From Myxococcota bacterium (lineage in GTDB: Bacteria > Myxococcota_A > UBA9160 > JAFDDA01), in NCBI GenBank assembly GCA_965228475.1, contig OZ245817.1:2304001-2368000 (forward strand): a stretch of DNA of 64,000 bases, written 5' to 3'. The translations under genes and the position numbers were made by a program. The notes below the pieces were generated by a model, which ran no database searches, was not told the origin of the DNA, and saw only the letters and a list, made by a program, of their open reading frames with translations. Numbering within the stretch: the stretch's first letter is position 1; each line of letters begins with the position of its first letter. Positions 19,793 to 29,318 of the stretch are shown in pieces.

Positions 19793-21001
19793 ATGTCGGT
19801 CACCGACGACGTTCGGGTCAAGGAGCTCCAGCAGGAGATCGCCCAGGGGGGGCCCCAGTCCGCGGCCAAGAAGCTCGCGGACGAGTCCGACGCCGTCATC
19901 GGCCAGGTCCTCGAGAAGATGATCGCCCCCCACGCGCTCCAGACCCTGGAGACGTTCCCGGCCGAGCGCCGGCAGGGCATCCTGGGCTTCGTCGCCGAGG
20001 CCCGCCGCCAGCAGTGGGAGATCAACCAGACCTTCCCGACGGACTCCGTCGGCCGGCTGATGGAGCTCCCGGCGGGGGTCTTCTCCAAGGAAACGCTCGT
20101 CTCCGACGCCATCGAGACGCTGCGCGAGATCGTCAAGAAGACCTTCATCACCTACCTCTACGTCGCGGACTCCGAGGGCCGGCTCGAGGGCCTCGTGGTG
20201 TTCCGGGAGATGGTCCTGGCGGACCGCAGCCAGACCCTCGCAGACATCATGCTCGGCAATCCGTACTCCCTCGATCCCGGCATGCCGCTCCAGGACGCCA
20301 TGAAGGAAGCGGTCCAGCGCCACTTCCCGGTGTATCCGGTGTGCGATGAAGAGGGCCGCCTGGTGGGTCTCGTGCGCGGCGACGACCTGTTCGAGCAGAA
20401 CGTCTACCAGCTGATCGTCCAGGCCGGTTCGATGGTGGGCGTCGAGAAAGAGGAGCGGCTCGCCACGGGATGGCCGCGAGCGCTGCGACTGCGCAACCCG
20501 TGGCTGCTCTTGAACCTGCTGACCGCGTTCGTCGCCGGCGCGGTGGTCGGCCTCTTCGAAGGCACGATCGCCCAGGTGACGGCGCTCGCCGCGTTCCTCC
20601 CGGTGCTGGCCGGGCAATCGGGCAATACGGGCTGTCAGGCGCTGGCGGTGACCCTGCGCGGCATGGCGCTCGGCGAGCTCTCGGAGCACTCGGCGACCAA
20701 GATCGTGATCAAGGAGGCCTTCCTCGGTCTCCTGAACGGCGCCGTCGTCGGCGTGCTCGCGGGGGGCGCGATGTTCTTCTTCGCCCAGGGCGAGTCCGAG
20801 CCGCTCAAGCTCGCTGGAATCGTGCTCGTCGCGATGATCGGGAGCTGCGTGGCGAGCGGCATCGCCGGTGCCCTGGTGCCGATCGGCCTGAAGAAGCTCG
20901 GCGCGGACCCGGCCACGGCCTCGAGCATCTTCCTGACGACGGCGACCGACGTCGTCAGCATGGGCCTCCTGCTCGGCCTGGCGACCCTGCTGCTTCTCTA
21001 G
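19793..21001 (+). CDS. mgtE: Magnesium transporter MgtE
   Basis: CBS pair, R.PWLLLNL, GQSGNTGCQA, DPATASSIFLTTATDV. Confidence 0.93.
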   Translation: MSVTDDVRVKELQQEIAQGGPQSAAKKLADESDAVIGQVLEKMIAPHALQTLETFPAERRQGILGFVAEARRQQWEINQTFPTDSVGRLMELPAGVFSKETLVSDAIETLREIVKKTFITYLYVADSEGRLEGLVVFREMVLADRSQTLADIMLGNPYSLDPGMPLQDAMKEAVQRHFPVYPVCDEEGRLVGLVRGDDLFEQNVYQLIVQAGSMVGVEKEERLATGWPRALRLRNPWLLLNLLTAFVAGAVVGLFEGTIAQVTALAAFLPVLAGQSGNTGCQALAVTLRGMALGELSEHSATKIVIKEAFLGLLNGAVVGVLAGGAMFFFAQGESEPLKLAGIVLVAMIGSCVASGIAGALVPIGLKKLGADPATASSIFLTTATDVVSMGLLLGLATLLLL

Positions 21002-21004
21002 GGC

Positions 21005-21208
21005 CTAGCGGGCCCAGGCGAAGGCCAGGGCGTTCACCAACACCATCGCCACGATCGTGACCCAGGCGAGCGCCGACTCGAAGGCCTGGCGCTGTTGGCT
21101 CACCTGCACCGCTTCGAGCAGCAGGTGCGCGCGGGCCTCGGTGTCGCGGAGCTGCTGCCGCAGGGCCTCGTTCTCGTGGGCGGCTTCGTCGCGGGGCTTG
21201 GGGGGCAT
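21005..21208 (-). CDS. Small coiled-coil protein with C-terminal TM
   Basis: GGAGGAG RBS, 67 aa, hydrophobic C-terminus. Confidence 0.55.
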   Translation of the reverse strand: MPPKPRDEAAHENEALRQQLRDTEARAHLLLEAVQVSQQRQAFESALAWVTIVAMVLVNALAFAWAR

Positions 21209-21390
21209 GTCCGTCTCCTCCCTGGAGGATCGGTGGGCCCGGCGCGCCGCTTGACGGCCGCCGGGGCCCGGGACGACACGCCTGCGTGTCGCTTGCACGG
21301 AGGCCGCACGAGAGCTGCGGAACGCGCCTAATCCCATAGGAGGGCCGGATCCGCTACAAACCGCGCGCGGGCGGGGCAGGGAGTCGTGCG

Positions 21391-22737
21391 ATGCAGACGG
21401 TGCAATCCTCGGAGAACACGGAAGGGGCCCCGGCGTCGAACGCGGCCGCGATCCTGGGCGGGGAGCCCGCGCCGCGAGGCCGCGACCAGGTCACCGAAGC
21501 GCTGCTGATGTCCGCGACCCGGCTCTTCGCCGAGTCCGGGATCGAGGGGACCTCGGTTCGCGAGGTGGCCGCCCGCGCCGGCGTGAACCACGCCCTGGTC
21601 TTCCGTCACTTCGGCTCGAAGGCGCAGCTCGCGCGGACCGTCCTCGATCGCCTGCTCGACGAACTCCTCCGCCACCTCGAGGGGGCAGGGCTCGACCCGA
21701 AGTCCCTGACGGCGCTCGGTGAGGGGGTGGCCCAGCGGGACGTTCTCTGGAAGCTGCTGACCCGGGCGGTGCTCGACGGGGAGGTGGACTTCGTGAGCGA
21801 GCGGCGTTTCCCCGAGATCGATGCGCTGGTGGCGGGCCTCGAGCGTGCGACGGCGAGCGCGCCGTTCACGGACCGGGTCTCCGCCCGCATGATCCTCCTG
21901 GTGATCCTCTCGGGCGCACTCGGTTGGGAGCTCGTGGACCCGGTGCTCGCCGAGACCGTCGGCACGCCCGGCGAGACCCCGGCCCGGCGCCGGGAGCTCG
22001 CGCGCAGCTCCTTCCTCTCGCTGCTCGGGCTCGTCCCCCGCGACGCGCTCCGCCTGACGCCCGAGGAGGTCCAGCCCGAACCGCCGCGGCTCGCCTCGGT
22101 GCCGCGACCCAGGCCCTCCGTGCGCGTCGGCGACCCGCCGGGCGACGGACCGCCGCGCGGCCGCGACCAGGTCGTCCGGGCCCTGATGGAGGCCGCGATG
22201 CCGCGGCTCGCCGCGCGGGGGCCCGCCGCGGTTTCGGTCCGCGAGATCGCGAACGCCGCGGGCGTGAATCACGCCCTGGTCTTCCGCCACTTCGGATCGA
22301 AGGAGGGCCTCGTCCAGGCGGTGTGGGAGCGCGTGGCGGAAGACCTCGCGAGCCGCGTGGTCGGTGGGCCGAAGACGCCGGATCTCGGAGCCGTCGTCGA
22401 GTCGATCGCCGAAGACCGGATCCTCTGGCAGCTCGCCGCGCGGGCGCTTCTCGACGGCGGCGCCGATGCCATCGCCGCCGTCCGCTACCACTTCGTCGAC
22501 GCGATGGTCGCCGCCGCCGCTTCCGGGCAACGCGGAGGGCTGCTCCCGGCGGAGATTCCCCCGCGCCTCCTGGTCGGCATGGTCGTCGCGACGGGCCTCG
22601 GCTTCCTGGTCTTCCACCCGGTGCTCGAGCCGCTCCTCGGGTTGCCCGCCCAGGCGCCCGAGCAGACCCGCCGGGACGTCCGCGAAGCGATCGCGACCCT
22701 GCTCGGCTGGCCGGCCCCCGAAGGCGCCTCCGCTTAG
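21391..22737 (+). CDS. Tandem (double) TetR-family regulator
   Basis: Two copies of RGRDQV...SVRE[VI]A..AGVNHALVFRHFGSK helix-turn-helix. Confidence 0.9.
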   Translation: MQTVQSSENTEGAPASNAAAILGGEPAPRGRDQVTEALLMSATRLFAESGIEGTSVREVAARAGVNHALVFRHFGSKAQLARTVLDRLLDELLRHLEGAGLDPKSLTALGEGVAQRDVLWKLLTRAVLDGEVDFVSERRFPEIDALVAGLERATASAPFTDRVSARMILLVILSGALGWELVDPVLAETVGTPGETPARRRELARSSFLSLLGLVPRDALRLTPEEVQPEPPRLASVPRPRPSVRVGDPPGDGPPRGRDQVVRALMEAAMPRLAARGPAAVSVREIANAAGVNHALVFRHFGSKEGLVQAVWERVAEDLASRVVGGPKTPDLGAVVESIAEDRILWQLAARALLDGGADAIAAVRYHFVDAMVAAAASGQRGGLLPAEIPPRLLVGMVVATGLGFLVFHPVLEPLLGLPAQAPEQTRRDVREAIATLLGWPAPEGASA

Positions 22738-22755
22738 CGACGCGGCGCTTCGCGT

Positions 22756-23538
22756 TCAGGAATCGTCGGAGCCGAAGCGGCTGCGGGCGGCCCCCGTTCG
22801 CGACGCGGCGAGCAGGAGGTCTCCGTCCGCCTCCGTCGCGTCGCCCAGCGCCGCCCGGGCGCCGTAACCCCGCAGCTGGGTCTTCGTCATGTGGACGGCG
22901 ACCTCGGGCATGGCGAGCAGGCGCTCCGAGAGCGCGGCGACCTCCGCGTCGAGGGCGTTCGGCGCGGCGAGCCGGTGGACGATGCCGAGCTCGTGCGCCC
23001 GGCGCGCGTCGAGCGCATCGCAGAGGAGCAGGATCTCGCGGGCCCGCGCCGCACCGACCTCGGCCAACAGGCGCGGAACGGCTCCCCAGGTCAGGGGGAT
23101 GCCGAGTTCCACCTCCGGGACGCGAAAGCTCGCGTCCTCGGCGGCCACGCGGAAGTCGCAGGCCAGGGCCAGGACGAACCCCCCGCCGACCGCGTGGCCC
23201 TGGATCCGGGCAACCGTCAGCGGCTCAGCCTGTTCGATTGCGCGCGTCGCCCGCAGGCCGAGCTGGGAGACGTGGCGCCGCTCCCGCTCGCTGGCACCCG
23301 AGTCGGCCGCCAGGCGCTCGCTGCCGGGCGGCGAACGGAGGTCCGCGCCGCCGCAGAAGGAGGGGCCGCGCCCGCCCAGAACGACCAGGCGGATGGCGTA
23401 GTCGTCGGCCAGGGAGTTGTAGAGCGCTTCGATCTCGCGCAGGGTTCGCGTGTCGAGGGCGTTGCGCCGGTCCGGGCGGTCGAGCCAGACGTGCAGGACC
23501 GGCGGCGTGCGTTCGAGGCGGAGTCGCTCGAATTCCAC
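22756..23538 (-). CDS. Enoyl-CoA hydratase/isomerase
   Basis: RPDRRNAL, FCGGADL, GHAVGGG..LALACDFRVA, PEVELG. Confidence 0.92.
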   Translation of the reverse strand: MEFERLRLERTPPVLHVWLDRPDRRNALDTRTLREIEALYNSLADDYAIRLVVLGGRGPSFCGGADLRSPPGSERLAADSGASERERRHVSQLGLRATRAIEQAEPLTVARIQGHAVGGGFVLALACDFRVAAEDASFRVPEVELGIPLTWGAVPRLLAEVGAARAREILLLCDALDARRAHELGIVHRLAAPNALDAEVAALSERLLAMPEVAVHMTKTQLRGYGARAALGDATEADGDLLLAASRTGAARSRFGSDDS

Positions 23539-23541
23539 GGG

Positions 23542-24159
23542 CTAGGAACCTTCCGGCGCCTCGTCAGTCAGGGGCGCCTCGTCCGTCAGGGGCGCCTCTT
23601 CGGCCAGGAGGGCCTCGATGCGCGCGACGAAGGCCGGGTCCTCGGGCCGGGTCCGGGGCTTGAAACGGGCGACGACCTTGCCGCTGCGGTCGATCAGGTA
23701 CTTCTGGAAGTTCCACTCGACCGGCCCGCCGATCGGCGCCGGCGAGGAGGTGAGCTTCCGGTAGAGCGGGTGCATGCCTTCACCCTTGACCGTGATCTTC
23801 GAGAACATCGGGAACTCGACCCCGTAGGTCGATCGGCAGAACTCCGCGATCTCGGCGTCCGTGCCGGGCTCCTGACCCGCGAAGTCGTTCGAGGGAAAGC
23901 CGAGCACGACGAGGCCCTCGTCGGACTTCTCCGAGTAGAGCTTCTCGAGGCCCTCGTACTGGGGCGTGAGGCCGCACTTGCTGGCGACGTTCACCATCAC
24001 CACGACCCGGCCTTTGTACTCCGCGAGATCCTGCTCCTCGCCGGTGATCCGCTTCATGCGGAAGTCGAGCACGCCCTCGGGCTCCGCGTGCACGCTGCCC
24101 GTCGCGACGAGGGCCAGGGAGGCTGCCAGAGCGAGGAAAGGCCGAAGGAAAGCTTGCAT
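23542..24159 (-). CDS. Exported Cys-type glutathione peroxidase
   Basis: VNVASKCGLTPQY, LGFPSNDFAGQEPG, WNFQKYLI; signal peptide. Confidence 0.93.
   Translation of the reverse strand: MQAFLRPFLALAASLALVATGSVHAEPEGVLDFRMKRITGEEQDLAEYKGRVVVMVNVASKCGLTPQYEGLEKLYSEKSDEGLVVLGFPSNDFAGQEPGTDAEIAEFCRSTYGVEFPMFSKITVKGEGMHPLYRKLTSSPAPIGGPVEWNFQKYLIDRSGKVVARFKPRTRPEDPAFVARIEALLAEEAPLTDEAPLTDEAPEGS
23555..23598. repeat. 18-bp tandem repeat (~2.5 copies) encoding the APLTDE tail of the peroxidase
   Basis: ggcgcctcgtcagtcagg / ggcgcctcgtccgtcagg / ggcgcctc. Confidence 0.8.
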
Positions 24160-24230
24160 GGCCGGAACGTAGCCTGCTGTAAGCTCCGTGTCCCTCGACG
24201 GATGGCTCTGGGGAGGCCGGGGAGACGGGC

Positions 24231-25421
24231 ATGGAACGGATCGTGGTGGTGGGCGCATCGCTCGCCGGTTTGCGCGCGGTGGAGACCCTTCGTCGCGAAG
24301 GCTTCGACGGAGAAATCGTCGTCATCGGCGACGAGGCGCGGCGCCCCTACGATCGCCCGCCGCTCTCGAAGCAGATCCTGACGGGCGAGTGGGAGCCCGA
24401 TCGGACGGCGCTTCCCGGTTCGGAGGAAGACCACGGGGCCGAGTGGCGCCTCGGAAGGCCCGCCGAATCCCTCGACGCCGACGAGCGCTGCGTCGTCCTG
24501 GCCGGGGGCGAGCGCGTTCCCTTCGACAAGCTCCTGATCGCGACGGGGGCCCGGGCCCGCGCGCTGCCCGGCGCGCCGGACCTCGCCGGCATCCACACGC
24601 TTCGGACGCTCGACGACGCGCTCGCCGTGCGCGCGGGCCTCGAGGGTAGCCCGCGGGTCTGCGTCGTGGGCGCGGGCTTCATCGGAGCGGAGGTCGCCTC
24701 GAGCTGCCGTGCGCGGGGCCTCGAGGTGTCGCTCGTGGAGGCGCTCCCGGTCCCCCTCGGCCGCGTTCTCGGGGATGAACCCGGCGAGTACTGCGCCCGG
24801 CTTCATCGCGACAACGGCGTCGACCTGCACGTGGGAGTGGGGGTCGAGGGCTTCGAAGGCGAAGGCCGCGTCGAGGCCGTGCGCCTCGCGAACGGGACGC
24901 GGATCGCCGCGGACGTGGTCGTCGTGGGGATCGGGGTCGAGCCGAACACGGAGTGGCTCGCCGGCTCGGGCGTGGCCGTGGAGGACGGCGTCGTCTGCGA
25001 TGCGCAGTGTCGCACCACGCTCCCCGGGGTTTATGCCGCGGGGGACGTGGCACGCGCGGAGAGTCCGCTGCTCGGGGGCGCGATCCGCGTCGAGCACTGG
25101 ACCCACGCCGTCGAGCAGGGCATCGCGGCCGCGGAGAGCCTGCTGGCGGGGGATGCGGCGGAGCGGTTCTCGGCCGTGCCGTTCTTCTGGTCGGATCAGT
25201 ACGGCGTGAAGATCCAGATGGCGGGCCGGCCCTCGCCGGGAGACGAAACGGCCGTCGTCCACGGAAACCTCGGGGACGAGCGCTTCGTCGTGCTCTACGG
25301 GCGCGAGGGGCGGCTGGTCGCGGCGCTCGGGTTCAACCGCGCCCGCTACATCGTCGGCTACCGCCGCAGCATCGGCGAGGGCGTGAGCTTCGCCGACACC
25401 GTTGCGAAGGCCTCGGCCTGA
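24231..25421 (+). CDS. FAD/NAD ferredoxin reductase (putidaredoxin-reductase-like)
   Basis: VVVGASLAG, PYDRPPLSK, VVGAGFIGAEVA, YAAGDVA, VPFFWSDQY. Confidence 0.92.
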   Translation: MERIVVVGASLAGLRAVETLRREGFDGEIVVIGDEARRPYDRPPLSKQILTGEWEPDRTALPGSEEDHGAEWRLGRPAESLDADERCVVLAGGERVPFDKLLIATGARARALPGAPDLAGIHTLRTLDDALAVRAGLEGSPRVCVVGAGFIGAEVASSCRARGLEVSLVEALPVPLGRVLGDEPGEYCARLHRDNGVDLHVGVGVEGFEGEGRVEAVRLANGTRIAADVVVVGIGVEPNTEWLAGSGVAVEDGVVCDAQCRTTLPGVYAAGDVARAESPLLGGAIRVEHWTHAVEQGIAAAESLLAGDAAERFSAVPFFWSDQYGVKIQMAGRPSPGDETAVVHGNLGDERFVVLYGREGRLVAALGFNRARYIVGYRRSIGEGVSFADTVAKASA

Positions 25422-25440
25422 AGCATCGAGCCCGTCGCGG

Positions 25441-27582
25441 TTAGCGGAGCTTCACGAGCGGGGCGACCAGGGGCGAAGGCGTTCCCACCGAAGTGAGCCA
25501 GAGCTGGTGCACGGCGCGGGTGGCGCCGACGTGGAGCCGCCGGCGGGCGTCGTCCCGTTCCGGGTAGGCCTCGCCGTCGACGTCCACCAGCACGACGTAG
25601 TCGAACTCGAGGCCCTTGGCCTGCTCGACCTCGGTGACCTCGACGCCCGGCGCGAAGGTGAAGTCCTGGTCCGCGACGAGCCGCAGCCGGTGGAGCTCGC
25701 AGCGCTCGAGCCCGTCGAAGTAGGCGAGGGTGGCCGCGCGCGAGGGCGTCAGCACCGCGACCGAGGCCAGCGGCTCGGCCTGGGCCAGCTCGCGCAGTGC
25801 ATCGGCGAGGAACGCGACCGTGGCGCCGCGGTCGGTGAAGCGGAAGAGCTCGACCGGCGGCCCCGAGCGCGGGGCCAGGGGCGCCTCGTCCTCCTGGAGC
25901 GGTCCGAGCACTGCCTGGGCGAAGGCGGCGATCTCGCGCGAGGAGCGGTAGCTGATCTTCAGCGTCTCGATCTCGGCGCCGGGGATGCCGAGCTCGTCGA
26001 GGAAGGCGGCCCAGGAGGTGAAGCCGCTGGCCGCCATCAGGTGCTGCTGGGTGTCGCCGGCGAGGGTCAGGCTGCGCCGGTCGTCGAGGCAGTCGAGCAG
26101 GACGCGGATCTCCGTCGGCGAGAAGTCCTGGACCTCGTCGATCGCGACGTGGGCGTAGCGCAGGGGGCGGTTCAGCCGGCCTTCGAGCGGCCCCACCCGG
26201 AGCTGCCAGGCGCGGAGCAGGAGGGCGTCGTCTTCGGCGTCGAGCTCGGCCTGGACTTCGCGGTCGCCGTCGAGCCAGGCGAAGATCTCCTCGTTCCGGC
26301 GGCGGTTCCAATCGACGAAGCGGTCGAGGGCGCGGCCTTCGAGCAGGCCCGGCGCGGCGCGGCCGAAGCAGCGGGCGAGGAGCTTCTCGTTCGTCAGCAC
26401 GCTCGCCCAGTCGTCGAGGGCCTGCTCGGGCGTGCGATCGCCGGGGTGGGTCGCCACCTGCTCGGCCAGGGCGTGCTCGAGGGCCGCGTGGAGCTTCGCG
26501 CGGGAGATCTCGAGGGGCGTGTCCTGGCGCTGGTCCCGGGGCAGGGCGGGATAGTGACGCCGCCGGAGCCCGGCGGCCCAGTCGCGCCAGGTCTCGATGC
26601 GCACCTGCTTCACGCCGAGGGCCGGGAGCACGTGCTCGACGTAGCGCGCGAGGGCCCGGGAGAAGACCAGGAAGAGCGTGCGCTCGGAGTCGTAGCGCCG
26701 GTCGTCGTAGGCGAGGTAGGCGATGCGGTGGAGGGCCACGGTCGTCTTGCCCGAGCCCGCCGCGCCGCGGATCACGAGGAAGCCCGAAGCGTCGCGGGTG
26801 ATCAGATCGAACTGCGCCGCATCGATCAGGCTCGTGATCTCGGGGAGCCGCTTGTCGGCGCGGCGGCGGTCGCCCGAGAGCTCGGTGCCGAGCCGCCGGC
26901 CGTCGGCCGCGCTCGCTTCGTGTCCGCGGACGGCCGAGGCCTCGCCGCCGGCGAGCCGCGCGGGTTCGCGCTCGACGTGGCTCCAGCGGCCGTCCGCCTC
27001 GTCGCACACGAAGACGCCCTCGGGCGCCTCGATCCGGTCGAGCGTTCCTTCGCGGATCCGGACCGTCCGCCGCGCGACGACCTCCCCCGTGCGGACCCGT
27101 CCGCCGAAGGTCTCTTCGTAGTCGTCGCCCTGGCGGTAGCCGTAGAAGATCCGCGAGATCGGCGCGTTCCTCCAATCGACGATGCGCACGCCGCGCTCGA
27201 TGCAGGTCGCGCGGCCGAGGCAGAGGTCCCGCTCCTTGCCGTCTTCGGAGAGCCGGAGATGCGCGAAGTAGGGCGAGCGCGGATCGACCCGGGCGCTCTC
27301 GCGCGAGCGGCGCAGCTGGTGGAGCAGGGACGTATTGCGGTGCCACTGTTCGGTGAGGGCGACCGTGTCCTTGCTCTCGCTCCCCGAGACGAGCATTTCG
27401 CGCAGCCGCTCGAGTTCGCGGACCACCGGCGCCTCCGAGGGATTCCTCGGCTCCGGGAGTTCCTCGAGCAGCGCGGTCACGCGCCCGAGAAGCCGCAGCT
27501 CGTCCTCGACGAGCTCGAGGGAACCGTCGTCGCCGTCGCCCGCGAGCGTCTCCTCGTCTTCGATCCGATCGGACAACCGCAC
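25441..27582 (-). CDS. HelD-like SF1 ATPase (RNA polymerase recycling family)
   Basis: PYFAHL, IVDWRNAPISRIFY, GAAGSGKTTVALHRIAYL, IDEVQD, KGLEFD, TRA; start uncertain. Confidence 0.85.
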   Translation of the reverse strand: MRLSDRIEDEETLAGDGDDGSLELVEDELRLLGRVTALLEELPEPRNPSEAPVVRELERLREMLVSGSESKDTVALTEQWHRNTSLLHQLRRSRESARVDPRSPYFAHLRLSEDGKERDLCLGRATCIERGVRIVDWRNAPISRIFYGYRQGDDYEETFGGRVRTGEVVARRTVRIREGTLDRIEAPEGVFVCDEADGRWSHVEREPARLAGGEASAVRGHEASAADGRRLGTELSGDRRRADKRLPEITSLIDAAQFDLITRDASGFLVIRGAAGSGKTTVALHRIAYLAYDDRRYDSERTLFLVFSRALARYVEHVLPALGVKQVRIETWRDWAAGLRRRHYPALPRDQRQDTPLEISRAKLHAALEHALAEQVATHPGDRTPEQALDDWASVLTNEKLLARCFGRAAPGLLEGRALDRFVDWNRRRNEEIFAWLDGDREVQAELDAEDDALLLRAWQLRVGPLEGRLNRPLRYAHVAIDEVQDFSPTEIRVLLDCLDDRRSLTLAGDTQQHLMAASGFTSWAAFLDELGIPGAEIETLKISYRSSREIAAFAQAVLGPLQEDEAPLAPRSGPPVELFRFTDRGATVAFLADALRELAQAEPLASVAVLTPSRAATLAYFDGLERCELHRLRLVADQDFTFAPGVEVTEVEQAKGLEFDYVVLVDVDGEAYPERDDARRRLHVGATRAVHQLWLTSVGTPSPLVAPLVKLR

Positions 27583-27632
27583 CCCCGCAGGCCACTTCCG
27601 CGCCGGGCGCCATGGCCCGGCGGCGTAGGAGG

Positions 27633-29174
27633 CTAGCGCGACCGCGGCACCGGGGCCTCGCGTCGTCGAGGGCGCGCCACGGGGCGTGACTTCGCCGCCG
27701 TCCGCCGCCCGCGAGGCGCTGCGTGCCCCGGCTGGGAGAGCGAGGCCCAGAGATGGAGGGCGGCGTAGGCGCGCCAGGGCCGCCAGGCCTCGGCCCGATC
27801 GGCCACGGCGCGTTCGGGGACGGGGTCGCCGCCCGCGTTCGCGGCCTTGCGCAGGGCGAGGTCGCCGGCCGGGAAGGCGTCCGGCTCCCGCAGGGCGCGC
27901 ATCGCCAGGTAGTCGGCGGTCCAGGGGCCGATGCCCGGCAAGCCGAGCAGGCGATCGCGGGTCGTCGCCGGGTCGGCGGATCCGTCGAGGCAGACCTCTC
28001 CCCGATCGACGGCGGTCGCCAACGCACGGATGGCGCCGGCCCGCGCCGCGGGCAGCCCGATCGCTTCGACCCGCGCGCGCCGGAGCCGCTCCGGCGCGGG
28101 GAAGAGGCGGCTCGGTGCATCCGGGTCGGTGACCGGCGCCCCCGGCTCTCCGAAGCGCTCGACGAGCCGCCCGGCCAGGGTGGTCGCGCCCCGCACGCTC
28201 ACCTGCTGGCCGAGGATCGCACGCACGCCGAGTTCGAAGCCATCGAAGGCGCCTGGGACGCGCAGGCCCGGCGTGGCGCGCAAGGACGGCGCCAGCAGCG
28301 CGTCGCCGGCCAGGTGGGCCGCGATCGCCGCCGGGTCCGCGTCGAGATCGAAGAGCCGCCGCAGGGCGCCGACCACGGGGGCGAGGGGCGCCGGAGCGGT
28401 CTGGTGGAGCCGCACCGCGATCGCGTTTCCCCGGGCCGCGGGCCGGGCCTCGAGCCAGCCGGGCGTGCCATCGACGCAGAAGGTGCGCCGGTAGCGGTCG
28501 CCGGAAACCGCCTCGACCCCGGGGATCGCGCGGGCGGCCAGGAAGGCGAGCAGCGCCGGCCAGGCGAGCGGCGGGCGGTAGGCGAGTTCGAGGGTCAGCT
28601 CGCTGGCCGCCGCCGGGAGGGCCCGGCGCCGCAGCTCGCGGGGCGGGCGGCCGTAGGCCTGGCGGAGCGCGTCGTTGAAGCGGCGCACGCTCGCGTAGCC
28701 CGCGGTGAGAGCCACCTCGACCATCGGAAGCGACGTCTCGTCGATCAGCTTCTTCGCGAACAGGACACGGCGGGTCTGGGCGACGGAGCGGGGGGAGGCG
28801 CCGAGGTGCTGCGCGAAGAGCCGGCGCAGGTGGCGCGAGCCGACCCCGAGGCGCTCCGCGAGCCCATCGACGTCGCCCCCGTCGAGGGCGCCGGCGTCGA
28901 TCAGCCGGAGCGCCCGGGCGACCGTGGCCGAGGTGCCCTGGGCGGCAGGGCTGCCGGGGGCGGCTTCGGGCCGGCAGCGCAGACAGGGCCGGAAGCCGGC
29001 TTCGCGCGCGGCGGCCGGGGTCGGGAGGAACCGGCAGTTCTCCCGCTTCGGCGTCCTCGCCGGACAGATCGGACGGCAGAAGACGCCCGTCGATCGGACC
29101 GCGACGAAGAAGCGGCCGTCGAAGCGGGGGTCCCGGGTGCGGAGGGCCCGGTAGCAGACCTCGGCGTCGAGCAT
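27633..29174 (-). CDS. alkA: Ada/AlkA fusion: Ada Zn domain, AraC HTH, AlkA DNA-3-methyladenine glycosylase
   Basis: RDPRFDGRFF..STGVFCRPICP..FRPCLRCRP; AILGQQVS; LPGIGPWTA..D. Confidence 0.93.
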   Translation of the reverse strand: MLDAEVCYRALRTRDPRFDGRFFVAVRSTGVFCRPICPARTPKRENCRFLPTPAAAREAGFRPCLRCRPEAAPGSPAAQGTSATVARALRLIDAGALDGGDVDGLAERLGVGSRHLRRLFAQHLGASPRSVAQTRRVLFAKKLIDETSLPMVEVALTAGYASVRRFNDALRQAYGRPPRELRRRALPAAASELTLELAYRPPLAWPALLAFLAARAIPGVEAVSGDRYRRTFCVDGTPGWLEARPAARGNAIAVRLHQTAPAPLAPVVGALRRLFDLDADPAAIAAHLAGDALLAPSLRATPGLRVPGAFDGFELGVRAILGQQVSVRGATTLAGRLVERFGEPGAPVTDPDAPSRLFPAPERLRRARVEAIGLPAARAGAIRALATAVDRGEVCLDGSADPATTRDRLLGLPGIGPWTADYLAMRALREPDAFPAGDLALRKAANAGGDPVPERAVADRAEAWRPWRAYAALHLWASLSQPGHAAPRGRRTAAKSRPVARPRRREAPVPRSR

Positions 29175-29318
29175 GCCCCGGTTGTAGCGCCTCCGTCCGG
29201 CCCCGGACTGGCCGTTTTCGGACCTTGCCGTTCGCCCCGGCCGATCGTTTCCTGATCTTGTGCCGCGCCGCCGCCGGGAGGCCCGGGAGGACGCCCCCGG
29301 GCTGCTAGGCTGCCCGCC

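Noticed and set aside
23542..24159. Selenoprotein glutathione peroxidase
   Set aside because: Active-site codon is TGC (Cys)
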